Program-made: the position numbers and the translations under genes
Origin: Spirochaetia bacterium
GTDB lineage: Bacteria; Spirochaetota; Spirochaetia; SP-2023
Direction of reading: 5' to 3'
Length of the DNA stretch: 64,000 bases
NCBI GenBank assembly: GCA_965263295.1
Contig: OZ253665.1
Coordinates: 992,001-1,056,000, forward strand
Shown: positions 10,022 through 20,411 of the stretch, one piece after another
Layout of the letters: every line of letters begins with the position of its first letter
How positions within the stretch are numbered: position 1 is the stretch's first letter
Notes under the pieces: model-generated
The model's database searches: none
The model's input: only the letters and a program-made list of their open reading frames with translations
What the model was told of the DNA's origin: nothing

Positions 10022-10084
10022 AAGAACTCCATTCATAAGAACTCCATTCATAAGAACTCCATTCATAAGAACTCCATTCATAAG
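10016..10084. repeat. 15-bp tandem repeat (attcataagaactcc) x4.6 across the EVE start
   Basis: Four perfect copies plus 9 nt; the minus strand reads GGAG-TTCTT-ATG-AAT. Confidence 0.97.
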
Positions 10085-10128
10085 CAATCCTACGGGCCGG
10101 CCCAGCTCCAATGCTTGCTTCTTTTACC

Positions 10129-11973
10129 CTATTGGCGAAACTCTTTATATTCCAAATTATAGCGGCGCATGCGCAGGCCAATTTGCCTTTCCGTAATACC
10201 CAGATTTTTCGCGGCCAAACGCATGTTGCCTTTGTTGTCCTTGAGGGCTTCGTGAATCATATCTAATTCTAAACGTTCGACAGCTTCTTTTAATGTAAGA
10301 TTCAACGATGATGGCGCTGACTTGCCAGACTGCAGAGTCGGCGGCAAGTGGTGAGCATAAATCACTCCGTCTTCACAAAGAATACTGGCCCGTTCAATCA
10401 CATTTTCCAGCTCGCGCACATTGCCAGGCCAGTTGTACGCCATCAACAAGTCGATGGCACTATGGGCCAACCGCGCTACATTCGTGCCCAGGCGCAGGGC
10501 ACTCTTTTCCAAAAGGTGATCGACGAGAAGAGTAATATCGCTCTTGCGCTCACGCAATGGCGCCAAATAAATCGGGAAAACACTCAGGCGAAAGAACAGA
10601 TCCTCGCGAAAATTGTATTTTTGAACACTCGATTCCAGATCGCGGTTACTAGCTGCAATGATACGCACGTCTGTGCTGCGCGTCAGTTCAGAACCCAGGG
10701 GCTGGTATTCCTTTTCTTGCAGCACGCGCAAAAGTTTACTTTGCAGATGCATCGGCAGCTCGCTAATCTCATCGAGAAACAATGTGCCGCCTTCGGCCTG
10801 CTCAAAACGCCCTTTGCGGTTCTGCAAAGCGCCGGTAAATGCACCTTTTACATGCCCAAAAAGTTCGCTGTCGATGACGCCTTCAGGCAGAGCCGCACAG
10901 TTGACGCTAACAAACGGCCTTTTTGCACGGTTTGACCCCTGATGAATCGCACGCGCCACCAATTCCTTGCCCGTTCCGCTCTCACCCAGGATCAAAACGG
11001 TAGTGTTCACTCTGGCCACTTGCGTGATTTGTAAAAATAGTTCCTGCATGACGCTAGAACGCCCCACAATTTTTTGCAATGACTCATTTTGGCTGATACG
11101 ACTATGCAAAATGGCGTTGGCTCGCTGCAAGCGCTGTTGCTCAAGTTCCAACTCAATGCGCAAGTGGACGGTATTCGCCATTAACTCGCAAACAATCTTT
11201 AAAAACTGTGCCAATTCCCTGATGTTATTGAAAACAGGGCTGTCTAAGAGAAGTTTTTCCAGCGAAACTTTCCCCGAAACTTCCCTGTTGTGATGTTTCC
11301 CACCGTGACGTTCCCCGTCATGACGTTCTTCGGAATCAGCTAATAAGCGTTCTGGCTCCGCCGGATAGTAGAGACCGCTACTCAGCGTGCCAATGACTCG
11401 TGCTTCAGTGGTCATCTGGTGGGCCGGCATAATGGGCAGGCACAGAAAGCCTACTGGTGAATCGCTGAATTGTTCTTTCAAACCGGTGCGATTCAAGAAC
11501 TCCGGAGCCTTGTGGATGTCCGGGCAGAGGTACGGCTTCTTATTTTTTACCACCAAGCCAATGATACCTTCGCCGGGCCGGTAGCTATGACGATAGTTTA
11601 AATTGCAAGGCTTGTACTCCGCAGTCGCGTTATGCTTGCCGTCACTATGTTTCATAATCACGCTGCTCTCGACAATAATGGCTTCGTCATTGTATTCATT
11701 TTGAATGCTGAGCAGCAAAAATGGTAAATGAATTTCCTGCGCCAATAGGTTAAGGCTATTTTTCAGCAGCAAAGGCAGATTACCCGTAAGGTCTCTCTTT
11801 TCCTCTTTCGACACATGGGGCAGGTTTTGACTGAGGAGCCGATTGATGGCCGAAAGCAATGCCAGCTGTTTTTCCGTTATCTGCAAGTCATTGATGTGAT
11901 AACCTTGGCGACCAGGCAGATCATGGACAGCAGGGGCTGCAGGTGCTGATTGCAATGGTTTGTTCATAGCCAT
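10129..11973 (-). CDS. Sigma-54-dependent enhancer-binding protein (GAF + AAA+ + HTH, NifA/FhlA-like)
   Basis: GAF segment (GEGIIGLV, FLNRTG, FLCLPI), Walker A GESGTGKE, GAFTGA, LFLDEI, WPGNVREL, C-terminal Fis-type HTH. Confidence 0.93.
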   Translation of the reverse strand: MAMNKPLQSAPAAPAVHDLPGRQGYHINDLQITEKQLALLSAINRLLSQNLPHVSKEEKRDLTGNLPLLLKNSLNLLAQEIHLPFLLLSIQNEYNDEAIIVESSVIMKHSDGKHNATAEYKPCNLNYRHSYRPGEGIIGLVVKNKKPYLCPDIHKAPEFLNRTGLKEQFSDSPVGFLCLPIMPAHQMTTEARVIGTLSSGLYYPAEPERLLADSEERHDGERHGGKHHNREVSGKVSLEKLLLDSPVFNNIRELAQFLKIVCELMANTVHLRIELELEQQRLQRANAILHSRISQNESLQKIVGRSSVMQELFLQITQVARVNTTVLILGESGTGKELVARAIHQGSNRAKRPFVSVNCAALPEGVIDSELFGHVKGAFTGALQNRKGRFEQAEGGTLFLDEISELPMHLQSKLLRVLQEKEYQPLGSELTRSTDVRIIAASNRDLESSVQKYNFREDLFFRLSVFPIYLAPLRERKSDITLLVDHLLEKSALRLGTNVARLAHSAIDLLMAYNWPGNVRELENVIERASILCEDGVIYAHHLPPTLQSGKSAPSSLNLTLKEAVERLELDMIHEALKDNKGNMRLAAKNLGITERQIGLRMRRYNLEYKEFRQ

Positions 11974-12225
11974 TTCTCCTCGACAGTTTTTAAAATCCGT
12001 ATTTTGACATGTTTCGAAAGCATATAAAATCTAGGCCTTGCCCAGATTTATTTTATTAGCTTTTTATAAAAATAACGAATGTGTTTAAAGACATAAAGCA
12101 GATTCTAGTGCGAACTGGTATTTTCAGGCGATTAATGGCGTATCAGAATAGAGATAAATCAATCAGACTGAATTCAAGTCAACTCACTTTAGAAATAGTC
12201 CTTGTAACTATTTCTCGACACGGTT

Positions 12226-14166
12226 TTGAAAAATTGCCTTTTAAACAATATGCAAAGTATTATTGGCAAACGGACCTTGGCAATCTTTGTCGGCATCTAT
12301 CTGACTACTTATTATATTGAGATGAATGGACTTAGCCAAATACTTTACGGGACTTTTACGGCGCTGTTGTTTGCCGCCATATTATGGCTGGCGCAAAGAA
12401 AATCGAAAGTGGCTCCAGAAAATCTGCGACATTCTATTCGTTGTCGCTTTGAACCAATTTTTATCCTTGGTGGCTTATTTCTGGCTATATTCTCAGGCCA
12501 CAGCCTGCGCCTGCGCGCTGTGCATCAATGCCGAGAAAACAGCCTGGCAATGCCCACTGAATTGGTACAAATTTACTATGGCCGCGTTATACGCGATAGC
12601 GTGCCCGATGCCGAAGATAATTTTCGCTTCACTCTGCAGCTCTTTGCCACCAGTGATGGGCGACATTTGCTAAGCTCTGCAAGGGGCCGGGTCCATGTTC
12701 GTGCTGCCCGGTCCAACCCGTCGCCCGGCCTAGGCCAGCTATTGGCGGTACGGGCACCTATCAAAGAATTTTCACCTGAGCCTCAAAGCCCAGCCATCCT
12801 GTTCAGCCGGGCGGGAGCTGGCTCCGTAGAAGCATTTCAACCGGGTGACTTTGCTAGACTGGTAACGCTACCTTCTGGTAGAGCCGAAGAGCTTTTGGCG
12901 TCGCGCCAGATCGCCTACGCCTTATATTCGGGAGAGCATCTGGGATGGCTGAGGCAATTTGCCCTGCGTTTGGGGCTACAAGCTACTAGCTGGTCAGCAT
13001 TTGAGCAGAAGCTGTGGTTGCGTCGCAGTATTTTGCGCCGCTGCTTATTTGATAACTTGCACAAATTGTTCCCAATCGCCGGGCGCGACCTTTTTTTAGC
13101 CTTACTCTTCGGCATTTCCGAAGAACTGCCAGAAACTGTAAAAGAAAACTTTCGCCTCTCAGGATGCATGCATATTTTGGCTCTCTCCGGTTTGCATGTG
13201 GGTATCTTGGCCAGTATTGTCAGTTTTCTTTTGCGGCCCTTGTTCGGTCTGCGCCGTTCCCTGCTCTGTAGCTCACTCATTCTCACAGGTTACTTATGGC
13301 TGGTGGGGCCGCTGCCTTCACTGACACGGTCGGTACTAATGTTTTTGCTACTTAATGCCGCCAAGTTTTGGCTGCGCCGTGGGGACAGTCTGCTTATCCT
13401 CGCCGTCAGTGCCCTACTGCAGACTCAGATATTCCCAACAGCGGCACTCAGCCTATCTTTTCAGCTATCTTATGCCGCGCTGCTCGGACTGATTTTGTTC
13501 GCCGGGCGTTTCAATACTTTGGCATTACTGCTGCACTACCGGATGGGCCTTTTTACCAGCCACTTAGGCAAGCACTGGGAACAGTCCTTTGATCAGATAT
13601 TTCATTTAGGCTGTTTGCCACGCAAAATCTTGCGCGCATGCCTCGGCGGGATATCCCGAATTTCGCGCTATGTCTTGCAGGGTATCGGTATTACACTGGC
13701 GGTACTTCTGTGCAGCGCTCCGATCCTGATCGTCAACTTTGGCCAGATCCAGTGGATTGGAATCTTTGCTTCCCTGGTAGAGACGCCAATCATTACTGTA
13801 TATATGTGTTTGTCCCTGTTGCTCTGGGCCATGGCTTACCTGCTTGACTGCCTGAATTGGGAAGGACTCTGGCTACAGCTCCACAGTTTTTACCCGTGGC
13901 TCTATCACATTAGCCTTGCACCGATGAAATTCTTTGCGCAGGCCCGCCCCTGGCAACTTGTTCGCCCCGACGGCAACTGTCTCGCCGGCCCAATTGCCCT
14001 CTACCTGATTCTAAGTTTTAGCCTGCTGATTACTCTCTACCGTTACGAACTGCGCCGTAGCCTCCCAACCCTGCGCCCTCAGATGATTCGCGTGACCCGT
14101 GTGGTGGTCAACGCGGGCAAACTGCAGGCGGCCAACCGCAGCCATGGGAAAAATTCCGAAAATTAA
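12226..14166 (+). CDS. comEC: ComEC/Rec2 competence channel protein
   Basis: ALLFG, HILALSGLHVG, SLTRSVLM and SFQLSYAA motifs with multiple TM segments; no C-terminal metallo-beta-lactamase domain. Start uncertain. Confidence 0.88.
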   Translation: MKNCLLNNMQSIIGKRTLAIFVGIYLTTYYIEMNGLSQILYGTFTALLFAAILWLAQRKSKVAPENLRHSIRCRFEPIFILGGLFLAIFSGHSLRLRAVHQCRENSLAMPTELVQIYYGRVIRDSVPDAEDNFRFTLQLFATSDGRHLLSSARGRVHVRAARSNPSPGLGQLLAVRAPIKEFSPEPQSPAILFSRAGAGSVEAFQPGDFARLVTLPSGRAEELLASRQIAYALYSGEHLGWLRQFALRLGLQATSWSAFEQKLWLRRSILRRCLFDNLHKLFPIAGRDLFLALLFGISEELPETVKENFRLSGCMHILALSGLHVGILASIVSFLLRPLFGLRRSLLCSSLILTGYLWLVGPLPSLTRSVLMFLLLNAAKFWLRRGDSLLILAVSALLQTQIFPTAALSLSFQLSYAALLGLILFAGRFNTLALLLHYRMGLFTSHLGKHWEQSFDQIFHLGCLPRKILRACLGGISRISRYVLQGIGITLAVLLCSAPILIVNFGQIQWIGIFASLVETPIITVYMCLSLLLWAMAYLLDCLNWEGLWLQLHSFYPWLYHISLAPMKFFAQARPWQLVRPDGNCLAGPIALYLILSFSLLITLYRYELRRSLPTLRPQMIRVTRVVVNAGKLQAANRSHGKNSEN

Positions 14167-14300
14167 TCAGTAAAACTCATGGCCCCCTACCCGTGAGCTA
14201 CAGAAAAACTGGTCCGCAAGGCCTCTGTGTTATTCTGACGAGGAGGTTGAATTGACAATAACTAAAACTGGGACAAATAATACAGCCATCTGTACAACCC

Positions 14301-15443
14301 TTAATCTGACGATTCAGTAGAGGTCCTAGAATCTGGCAGCTCTGCTGGCTCCGCAGATTTTTCAGACTTGTTAAAATTATTGTACCACGTTTCCAACAAC
14401 TTTTCGGGCAGTCGACTGCGCAGCTTTTGTAGCAAGTTTACATCTTCGCGGCGTTGCTGCTCAATTTTTGATTCCTTTTGGATTTTTGATTCATTCTGAA
14501 AATCCAGCTGAGTGATACCGTTTTGTCCTTCCGCCGTAATTTGTTGAGCCCGCCGCGCTCCCTGTTTCAATTCCGCCAAAGAAGGCTCGCCCAACTGGCC
14601 ACCCTCTTGCTCAAACTGTTCCAGCCTCTGCATAAGTTCGCTGCGAAATTTATCTTTGGCCGCCAGGCCCTGACGGTAAACTTCTAAAGCCTTGTGAAAC
14701 TCTAATAACTCAACGTCGACAATCGGTGGACGCACATAGATATCCAGGGGAAGCCGCTTAAGCTTTTGTTGGGTCAGGGCATCCATCATGATCTGATAAG
14801 TGGCAAAGATAGCTTCAAAGGCTCCGGGAGCTTTGTTGCGTGGAGTGCTGACATCTCCGGCAATATCTACAGCAATTTTTAAGTCACAGTCTTGTGGCAG
14901 GTGATCAAAAGGCAAGTTATTGACCAGACCACCATCCACGATTATGGAATCTTCCGTTTGCACCGGCGCAAAGACATAGGGGATAGCCATGCTGGCACGG
15001 ATGGCGTAGAGAAGGTCTCCCTCCTCAAAAACCACTTCCTGGTGGCGCCAGAAATCTGTAGCGACAATTTTAAGCGGGATATTGAGTTCGGCAAAATCCC
15101 TAGTTCCCATGAGCCGATACAACAGGTCAAGCACACGCTCGCCTTTAAAGAAGCTACCGGGCTTAAAACTGGGGTCGAGTAACTGGATAAATGTGTTTGC
15201 ATTTCTCCGTTGGAAAATCTCGCGCAATAACTGACTGCGCGCTGGGAAGAAACTTTGTACAACTGTCGTAATTTCTCGCGCACTCATGCCGGAGGCATAC
15301 AAGGCTCCGAGTATGGCTCCGATACTAGTCCCGCTAATGGCGCTGGGACGCAGGCCCAACTCGTCAAATACTTCAAGTATCGGAAGGTGGGCAAAACCTT
15401 TAGCGCCCCCTCCCCCCAAAGTAAGACCAATGTTCATCCCCAT
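14301..15443 (-). CDS. Patatin-like phospholipase
   Basis: GGGGAKG, GTSIG nucleophile motif, ASMAIP, DGG; ~100 aa charged C-terminal tail. Confidence 0.92.
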   Translation of the reverse strand: MGMNIGLTLGGGGAKGFAHLPILEVFDELGLRPSAISGTSIGAILGALYASGMSAREITTVVQSFFPARSQLLREIFQRRNANTFIQLLDPSFKPGSFFKGERVLDLLYRLMGTRDFAELNIPLKIVATDFWRHQEVVFEEGDLLYAIRASMAIPYVFAPVQTEDSIIVDGGLVNNLPFDHLPQDCDLKIAVDIAGDVSTPRNKAPGAFEAIFATYQIMMDALTQQKLKRLPLDIYVRPPIVDVELLEFHKALEVYRQGLAAKDKFRSELMQRLEQFEQEGGQLGEPSLAELKQGARRAQQITAEGQNGITQLDFQNESKIQKESKIEQQRREDVNLLQKLRSRLPEKLLETWYNNFNKSEKSAEPAELPDSRTSTESSD

Positions 15444-15475
15444 TACTCCCTAATTATTGGCAGCTTAACGGCAAG

Positions 15476-16501
15476 TTATCTGGCCTGCTGTCCATCGTTC
15501 CAGGTGGATTGCAAAAAATGCTTGCGCCCCGAAGCCTGCACATAGTTCTGATAACGGCGCGGCTCCTTGGCAGAATAGTTTTGGTGATAATCTTCGGCCA
15601 GATAAAACGGTGCCGCCGGCGCGATCTGGGTCACAATCTGTCTATCACCAAAGACTTTAGACGCCTGTAATTGCCCTTTGCTCTCTGCGGCTAATTGGCG
15701 TTCGGCTTGACTGCGATAGAAAATAGCCGTGCGGTACTGGCTGCCGCGATCGTAGAATTGACCCTCTCGATCCGTGGGGTCAATTTGACGCCAGAATATA
15801 TTCAGTAAAGTTTCATAACGGATCACTTCTGGCTGATACAGGATCATGATCGCTTCATAGTGGCCCGTCTGGCCTCTGCTGACCTCTTCGTAGCCGGGGT
15901 TCTCCACTGCGCCGCCGGTATAACCGCTCAGCACCCGCACGACACCGGCTAAACTGGCAAATGCGGACTCGGTGCACCAGAAACAACCGCCGGCAAAAAT
16001 AGCCAATGAAAACAATGGATTATCCTGCGGCAACTCCTGTGGATTGTCCATGAACAGCGGAAGGTAGTCGCGATATCCCTCGGCACTCAGGTCTTCTTGC
16101 GGCACGAAGCGCAAGGCTGCCGAATTGATGCAATAGCGCTTGCCTGTCGGCAAGGGCCCGTCTTCAAACAGGTGGCCTAAATGCGAGTCCGAACTATGGC
16201 TGCGCACTTCAATTCGCTTCATGCCCAAACGATTATCTTCGCGACACTCAATGTTTTTATCGTTAATACTTTTGAAAAAACTGGGCCAGCCCGAAGCCGA
16301 GTCATATTTGTGGATAGAGGCAAACAGTGCCGTGGCGTCGTGGGGGTCGACGTACAGGCCAGGGCGATCATTGTCCCAATAGGCATTGCGAAAGGCCGGT
16401 TCGGTACCATTTTGTTTGGTAATTTGACGCACCAGTTTGGGGTCTTGGGGCACAAGGTGCTTTGCTGATTTTGACCCGTCTTGTTCAATTGAGCGCTGCA
16501 T
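15476..16501 (-). CDS. msrAB: Bifunctional methionine sulfoxide reductase, MsrB-MsrA fusion
   Basis: MsrB motifs GTEPAF, SGWPSF, HLGHLF, RYCINS, followed by MsrA motifs GGCFWC, GHYEA, GQFYDRGSQYR, AEDYHQNY. Start likely MQRS at 16501. Confidence 0.93.
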   Translation of the reverse strand: MQRSIEQDGSKSAKHLVPQDPKLVRQITKQNGTEPAFRNAYWDNDRPGLYVDPHDATALFASIHKYDSASGWPSFFKSINDKNIECREDNRLGMKRIEVRSHSSDSHLGHLFEDGPLPTGKRYCINSAALRFVPQEDLSAEGYRDYLPLFMDNPQELPQDNPLFSLAIFAGGCFWCTESAFASLAGVVRVLSGYTGGAVENPGYEEVSRGQTGHYEAIMILYQPEVIRYETLLNIFWRQIDPTDREGQFYDRGSQYRTAIFYRSQAERQLAAESKGQLQASKVFGDRQIVTQIAPAAPFYLAEDYHQNYSAKEPRRYQNYVQASGRKHFLQSTWNDGQQAR

Positions 16502-16775
16502 AATAACCTCCGCTTGGAAGCTCCCGCTTCTCCTGCTTTTGGGGCAGGACTGGCTAAAAAATATGTATTCTGAGTTTGAGCTTCGCCAATAAATATAAGT
16601 TGAAACAGGCACTTGTGCCAACACCCAGCCAATATTTCGCAATATGAAATTGAATTATAGCAAAAATCTTTTCAAATTACTTTAAATGGATTATGCAGGG
16701 GAGCAAATTGAGGCTTCACCTGTAAATGAATGAACAATATAATCGTGGCGATTAGCTTACCAATAGGAGAAGTCA

Positions 16776-17264
16776 ATGAAAAGAATCTATGGGATAATTT
16801 TATGCATGCTCATTTTAAATGGTTGCGCTTCAATCAAAGAGGCATTTACTCCACCGCTTGGTTTTCAGGCAGGTCCCGATTCAAAAAAGATGTCAATTAC
16901 TATTGCCGTTGATGGCGACAAAAAGGATTTATTTACCGATCTAAACATTTGGGTTATCCAGAATTTTCAATCAGCCAAGACAGTGATACAGTATTCGGAC
17001 AAAGAAGCCGGGGTTATATCTGGCCGGTATTTAGCTAGAGATGATTTTGATGACTGGAATGATTTATATGTAATGTTTACAATTAAAGTCAGCAACACAA
17101 AAATTATCCTGGAATTTGTGGCTGAGGGCAAGGTCCCCTCTGACGATATGCCCAAAATTCACGCTTTCATTAGTCCCCCCAAAATCGGGGAATTGCGAAG
17201 TGATTGGGAATCACTTGCGCAACAGCTAGCTGTAACCATGGGGGGACACGTTCAAACTGAATAA
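16776..17264 (+). CDS. Lipoprotein of unknown function (DUF4468-like)
   Basis: AGGAG RBS, lipobox LNGC, motif WVIQNFQSAKTVIQYSDKEAGVISG; AT-rich. Confidence 0.65.
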   Translation: MKRIYGIILCMLILNGCASIKEAFTPPLGFQAGPDSKKMSITIAVDGDKKDLFTDLNIWVIQNFQSAKTVIQYSDKEAGVISGRYLARDDFDDWNDLYVMFTIKVSNTKIILEFVAEGKVPSDDMPKIHAFISPPKIGELRSDWESLAQQLAVTMGGHVQTE

Positions 17265-17278
17265 AGCTCTTTATAGCT

Positions 17279-20200
17279 TTAGTGCAGTTCGCCCCAGGAG
17301 CGCTGGCTCCATTCGCCGTTGACTTTCAGGGGCACGTCCAGTTTGCAGGCGTTTTCCATGATTCCCAGCACCAGAGACTGCAGTGCCGCGCGTTCTTCGT
17401 CCGGGGCCTCAAAGATGAGCTCGTCGTGGACCTGCAAGAGCATTTGACTTTGCCAGCCCTCGCTGGCCTTGTGGTTCAGTTCGGCATCGAGCAAGATCAT
17501 GGCCCGCTTGACAATGTCGGCGGCGCTGCCTTGCACCACCGTGTTGACGGCCATGCGTTCGCCGTGACTGCGTTCGTTTTTATTATTGCTGCGCAGTTGG
17601 CGAATTGCGCGCCGCCGGCCCGCCAGGGTCGCCACGTAACCTTGTTCCCGGCTGCGCGCGAGTGTCTGGGCAATGAAATTTTTTACGCCTGAAAACTCCT
17701 GAAAATAAGCTTCGATAAAACTCTGGGCGTCGTTGCGGCTCAGGCCCAAATCTTGCGACAGACGGAAGGCCGACATGCCGTAGATGACGCCAAAATTAAT
17801 ACTTTTGGCAATGCGCCGCTGCTCGGCGCTGACTGTTTGCGGCGCGACGTGAAATAGTTTGCTGGCCGTTTGCTGATGGATATCGCGCCCAGACTGGAAA
17901 GCGGCACAAAGTCCGGGGTCCGCCGAAAGATGAGCTAACACGACGAGCTCAATCTGTGAGTAGTCGGCAGAGAAGAAACTCCAACCGGGCCGAGGCTGAA
18001 ATGCGCTGCGGATGCGGCGCCCCGCGGCATCCTTGACGGGGATATTTTGCAAGTTGGGGTCCTTGCATGAAAGGCGTCCCGTTTCGGTGCCGATCAACGA
18101 AAAGTGGGTATGAATGCGCCCACTGCGGGCAAGAATCATTTCTGGCAGAGATTTGACATAGGTAGAGTACAGTTTGCCCAGGCGGCGGTACTCCAGCAGC
18201 GGAGCGATGGCCGGGTGGGCGTGCAGTAATTTCTCCAAGATACTATTGTCGGTAGAATAGCCGGTCTTTGTCTTTTTGCCGGGCGGCAAGCGCAGTTTTT
18301 CAAACAGAACTTGGGCCAATTGCTGCGTCGAGTTCAGGTTGAAAACCTCGCCCGTAAGGCTTTGCACCATGCTTTCCAGCTTTTGCAGTTCGTCCATTAG
18401 TTCCGCGGCATAATGGTCTAGCTGACTGCGCTCACAGCCAATGCCGCGCAGTTCCATATCCCCCAGAATACGCACCAGGGGCATTTCCAGCTCAAAAAAA
18501 AGGGTTTCCAGCCCACACTCTTTCAGCCGGTTGGCAAAACACTCATAGAGTTGCCAGGTGATATCGGCATCTTCGGCAGCGTACGGCACGGCTTCTGTCA
18601 GCGGCACGTCGGCAAAGGTTTTTTGTACCTCGCCTTTCTTGGCCTTGGGAACCAGGTCTTTGAAATGGATGGGCTCTATGCCGAGGTAACGGACGGCCAG
18701 AGCATCCATGCCTACCGGTTGCAGGCTGTCCAGTACCCAGGCCGCGATCATGGTATCGAAATAGATATGGTTGAGTTTCAGGCCCCAGTTTGCCAGGACT
18801 TTGAAGTCAAACTTAAAGTTCTGCCCGATGATTTTCACATCTGGGCCGAGGCATGCGGCGAGCCGTCTGCGCACTAATTCAGCGCTGAGCAAGGGCTCCA
18901 CGGCTTCGCTATCGTTCTGCGGGTTGATTTTTAACGGGATATAAGCCGCTTGGTGCTTGGCGATGGCGAGTGAAATGCCGACCAACTGATCACTGAGTTC
19001 GTTCAGTCCGGTCGTCTCTGTGTCGATGGCCACGAACTTTTGGCGGTCAATACGCCGGCACCATTTTTGCAGCTCTTCGTCTGTTTGAATGCATTCATAG
19101 GCTCCGAAGACTTCGCCGGGCGTCCGCCGGGCGCCATGCTGGGTGGCATCTTGGATCGTATTCAGGATAGCATGCTGGGTAGTCTGGCCTCGATTTGCAG
19201 AGTCTGCACTTTCCATCTGGCGGATAGAATTTGCCGTTTTTGAGTGGAGTTTAGGCGGCATCAGGGCGAGGCTTTGCTTTTCTAGTAGTCGGTCTTCTTG
19301 ATTTTTTATTGGCCCGTTGAGAGTTGCTCCACAGGGAAATTTTTCACGGGGCTGGGCAGGAATTTCAGCATTCTTTCTGGGCACTTCACCAAGAGCGGCC
19401 TTGGCGCCATCAGCTTTACCTTCAACGGATATATTATCCCGTACAGGAGCCTGGGCCTGGGCAAACTCGCCAGCGATTTGGTTCAGGCCCAGGCCTTGAA
19501 GGAAGATGGCAAAATTGTGGTTTGGCTGCGCCCCCTTCCCGCTGTATGCCGTGGCCGGGACTTCTAGCTCGCGCCATAATTCGTCCCATGGCAATTGCCC
19601 AAACTCTGGCAATTGGTCTTCCAGGCGGACTAACTCATAACTTAAAAAGGCCGTTTCGCGCGATTCTTCCAGCTTGTTGCGCATGCTATTGGACTTGATC
19701 TCCGCCAAGTGGGCGTAGATACCTTCCATGCTGTGGTAGTCGGCTAAAAGTCTGGCTGCACCTTTGGCCCCAATGCCTTTCACGCCGGGCACGTTGTCCG
19801 AAATATCCCCGACAATTGCCAGATAATCGCGTATTTGCTGAGGTTCTACGCCCCATTTTTCTATGACGTAGGCAGCTCGGTGGTATTCAATTTGACCTTT
19901 TTCCAGCTTTAAGATGCTGATACGATCATCAATCAACTGATAAAGATCTTTATCTGCTGTGACTATATTGCAGCCGCATTTCTCGGCGCTGGCGCGTCTT
20001 GCCAAAGTGGCAATCAAGTCGTCCGCTTCGTAGCCAGAGCACTGATAACGGGGAAGCCCCCAAAGCTCTAGTAACGGCTTCAGGTGGCTGAGCTGTGCCA
20101 CTAAGTCATCGGGCGCAGCGTCGCGATTGGCCTTGTATTTTGGATATAATTCATGGCGAAAAGTCGGTCCTCCACCGTCGAGCAGTATGGCCACATGGGC

Positions 20201-20389
20201 GGCACCTTGCCGCGTGTTTTCTCTTGCGTGGCGCAGTATTTGTTGGACTTGTTTGACGAAACCCAGCAAGGCAGAAATATTTTCACCGCGTTCATTGCTT
20301 AGCGGGCGGCGTGCCATGGCATAGTAACTTTTGAAAATCATGGCAAAACCGTCGATTAGGTATAACGGTCCTTCTGCAGTTTCAGGCAT
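17279..20389 (-). CDS. polA: DNA polymerase I
   Basis: 5'-3' exonuclease (LIDG, YKANR, EADD, GDISDNVPGV), 3'-5' exonuclease (DTETTG, YAAEDAD), polymerase motifs ADYSQIEL, AKSINFGVIYG, QVHDEL. Confidence 0.98.
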   Translation of the reverse strand: MPETAEGPLYLIDGFAMIFKSYYAMARRPLSNERGENISALLGFVKQVQQILRHARENTRQGAAHVAILLDGGGPTFRHELYPKYKANRDAAPDDLVAQLSHLKPLLELWGLPRYQCSGYEADDLIATLARRASAEKCGCNIVTADKDLYQLIDDRISILKLEKGQIEYHRAAYVIEKWGVEPQQIRDYLAIVGDISDNVPGVKGIGAKGAARLLADYHSMEGIYAHLAEIKSNSMRNKLEESRETAFLSYELVRLEDQLPEFGQLPWDELWRELEVPATAYSGKGAQPNHNFAIFLQGLGLNQIAGEFAQAQAPVRDNISVEGKADGAKAALGEVPRKNAEIPAQPREKFPCGATLNGPIKNQEDRLLEKQSLALMPPKLHSKTANSIRQMESADSANRGQTTQHAILNTIQDATQHGARRTPGEVFGAYECIQTDEELQKWCRRIDRQKFVAIDTETTGLNELSDQLVGISLAIAKHQAAYIPLKINPQNDSEAVEPLLSAELVRRRLAACLGPDVKIIGQNFKFDFKVLANWGLKLNHIYFDTMIAAWVLDSLQPVGMDALAVRYLGIEPIHFKDLVPKAKKGEVQKTFADVPLTEAVPYAAEDADITWQLYECFANRLKECGLETLFFELEMPLVRILGDMELRGIGCERSQLDHYAAELMDELQKLESMVQSLTGEVFNLNSTQQLAQVLFEKLRLPPGKKTKTGYSTDNSILEKLLHAHPAIAPLLEYRRLGKLYSTYVKSLPEMILARSGRIHTHFSLIGTETGRLSCKDPNLQNIPVKDAAGRRIRSAFQPRPGWSFFSADYSQIELVVLAHLSADPGLCAAFQSGRDIHQQTASKLFHVAPQTVSAEQRRIAKSINFGVIYGMSAFRLSQDLGLSRNDAQSFIEAYFQEFSGVKNFIAQTLARSREQGYVATLAGRRRAIRQLRSNNKNERSHGERMAVNTVVQGSAADIVKRAMILLDAELNHKASEGWQSQMLLQVHDELIFEAPDEERAALQSLVLGIMENACKLDVPLKVNGEWSQRSWGELH

Positions 20390-20411
20390 GCTTCCCTCAT
20401 TTACTGGTTTA

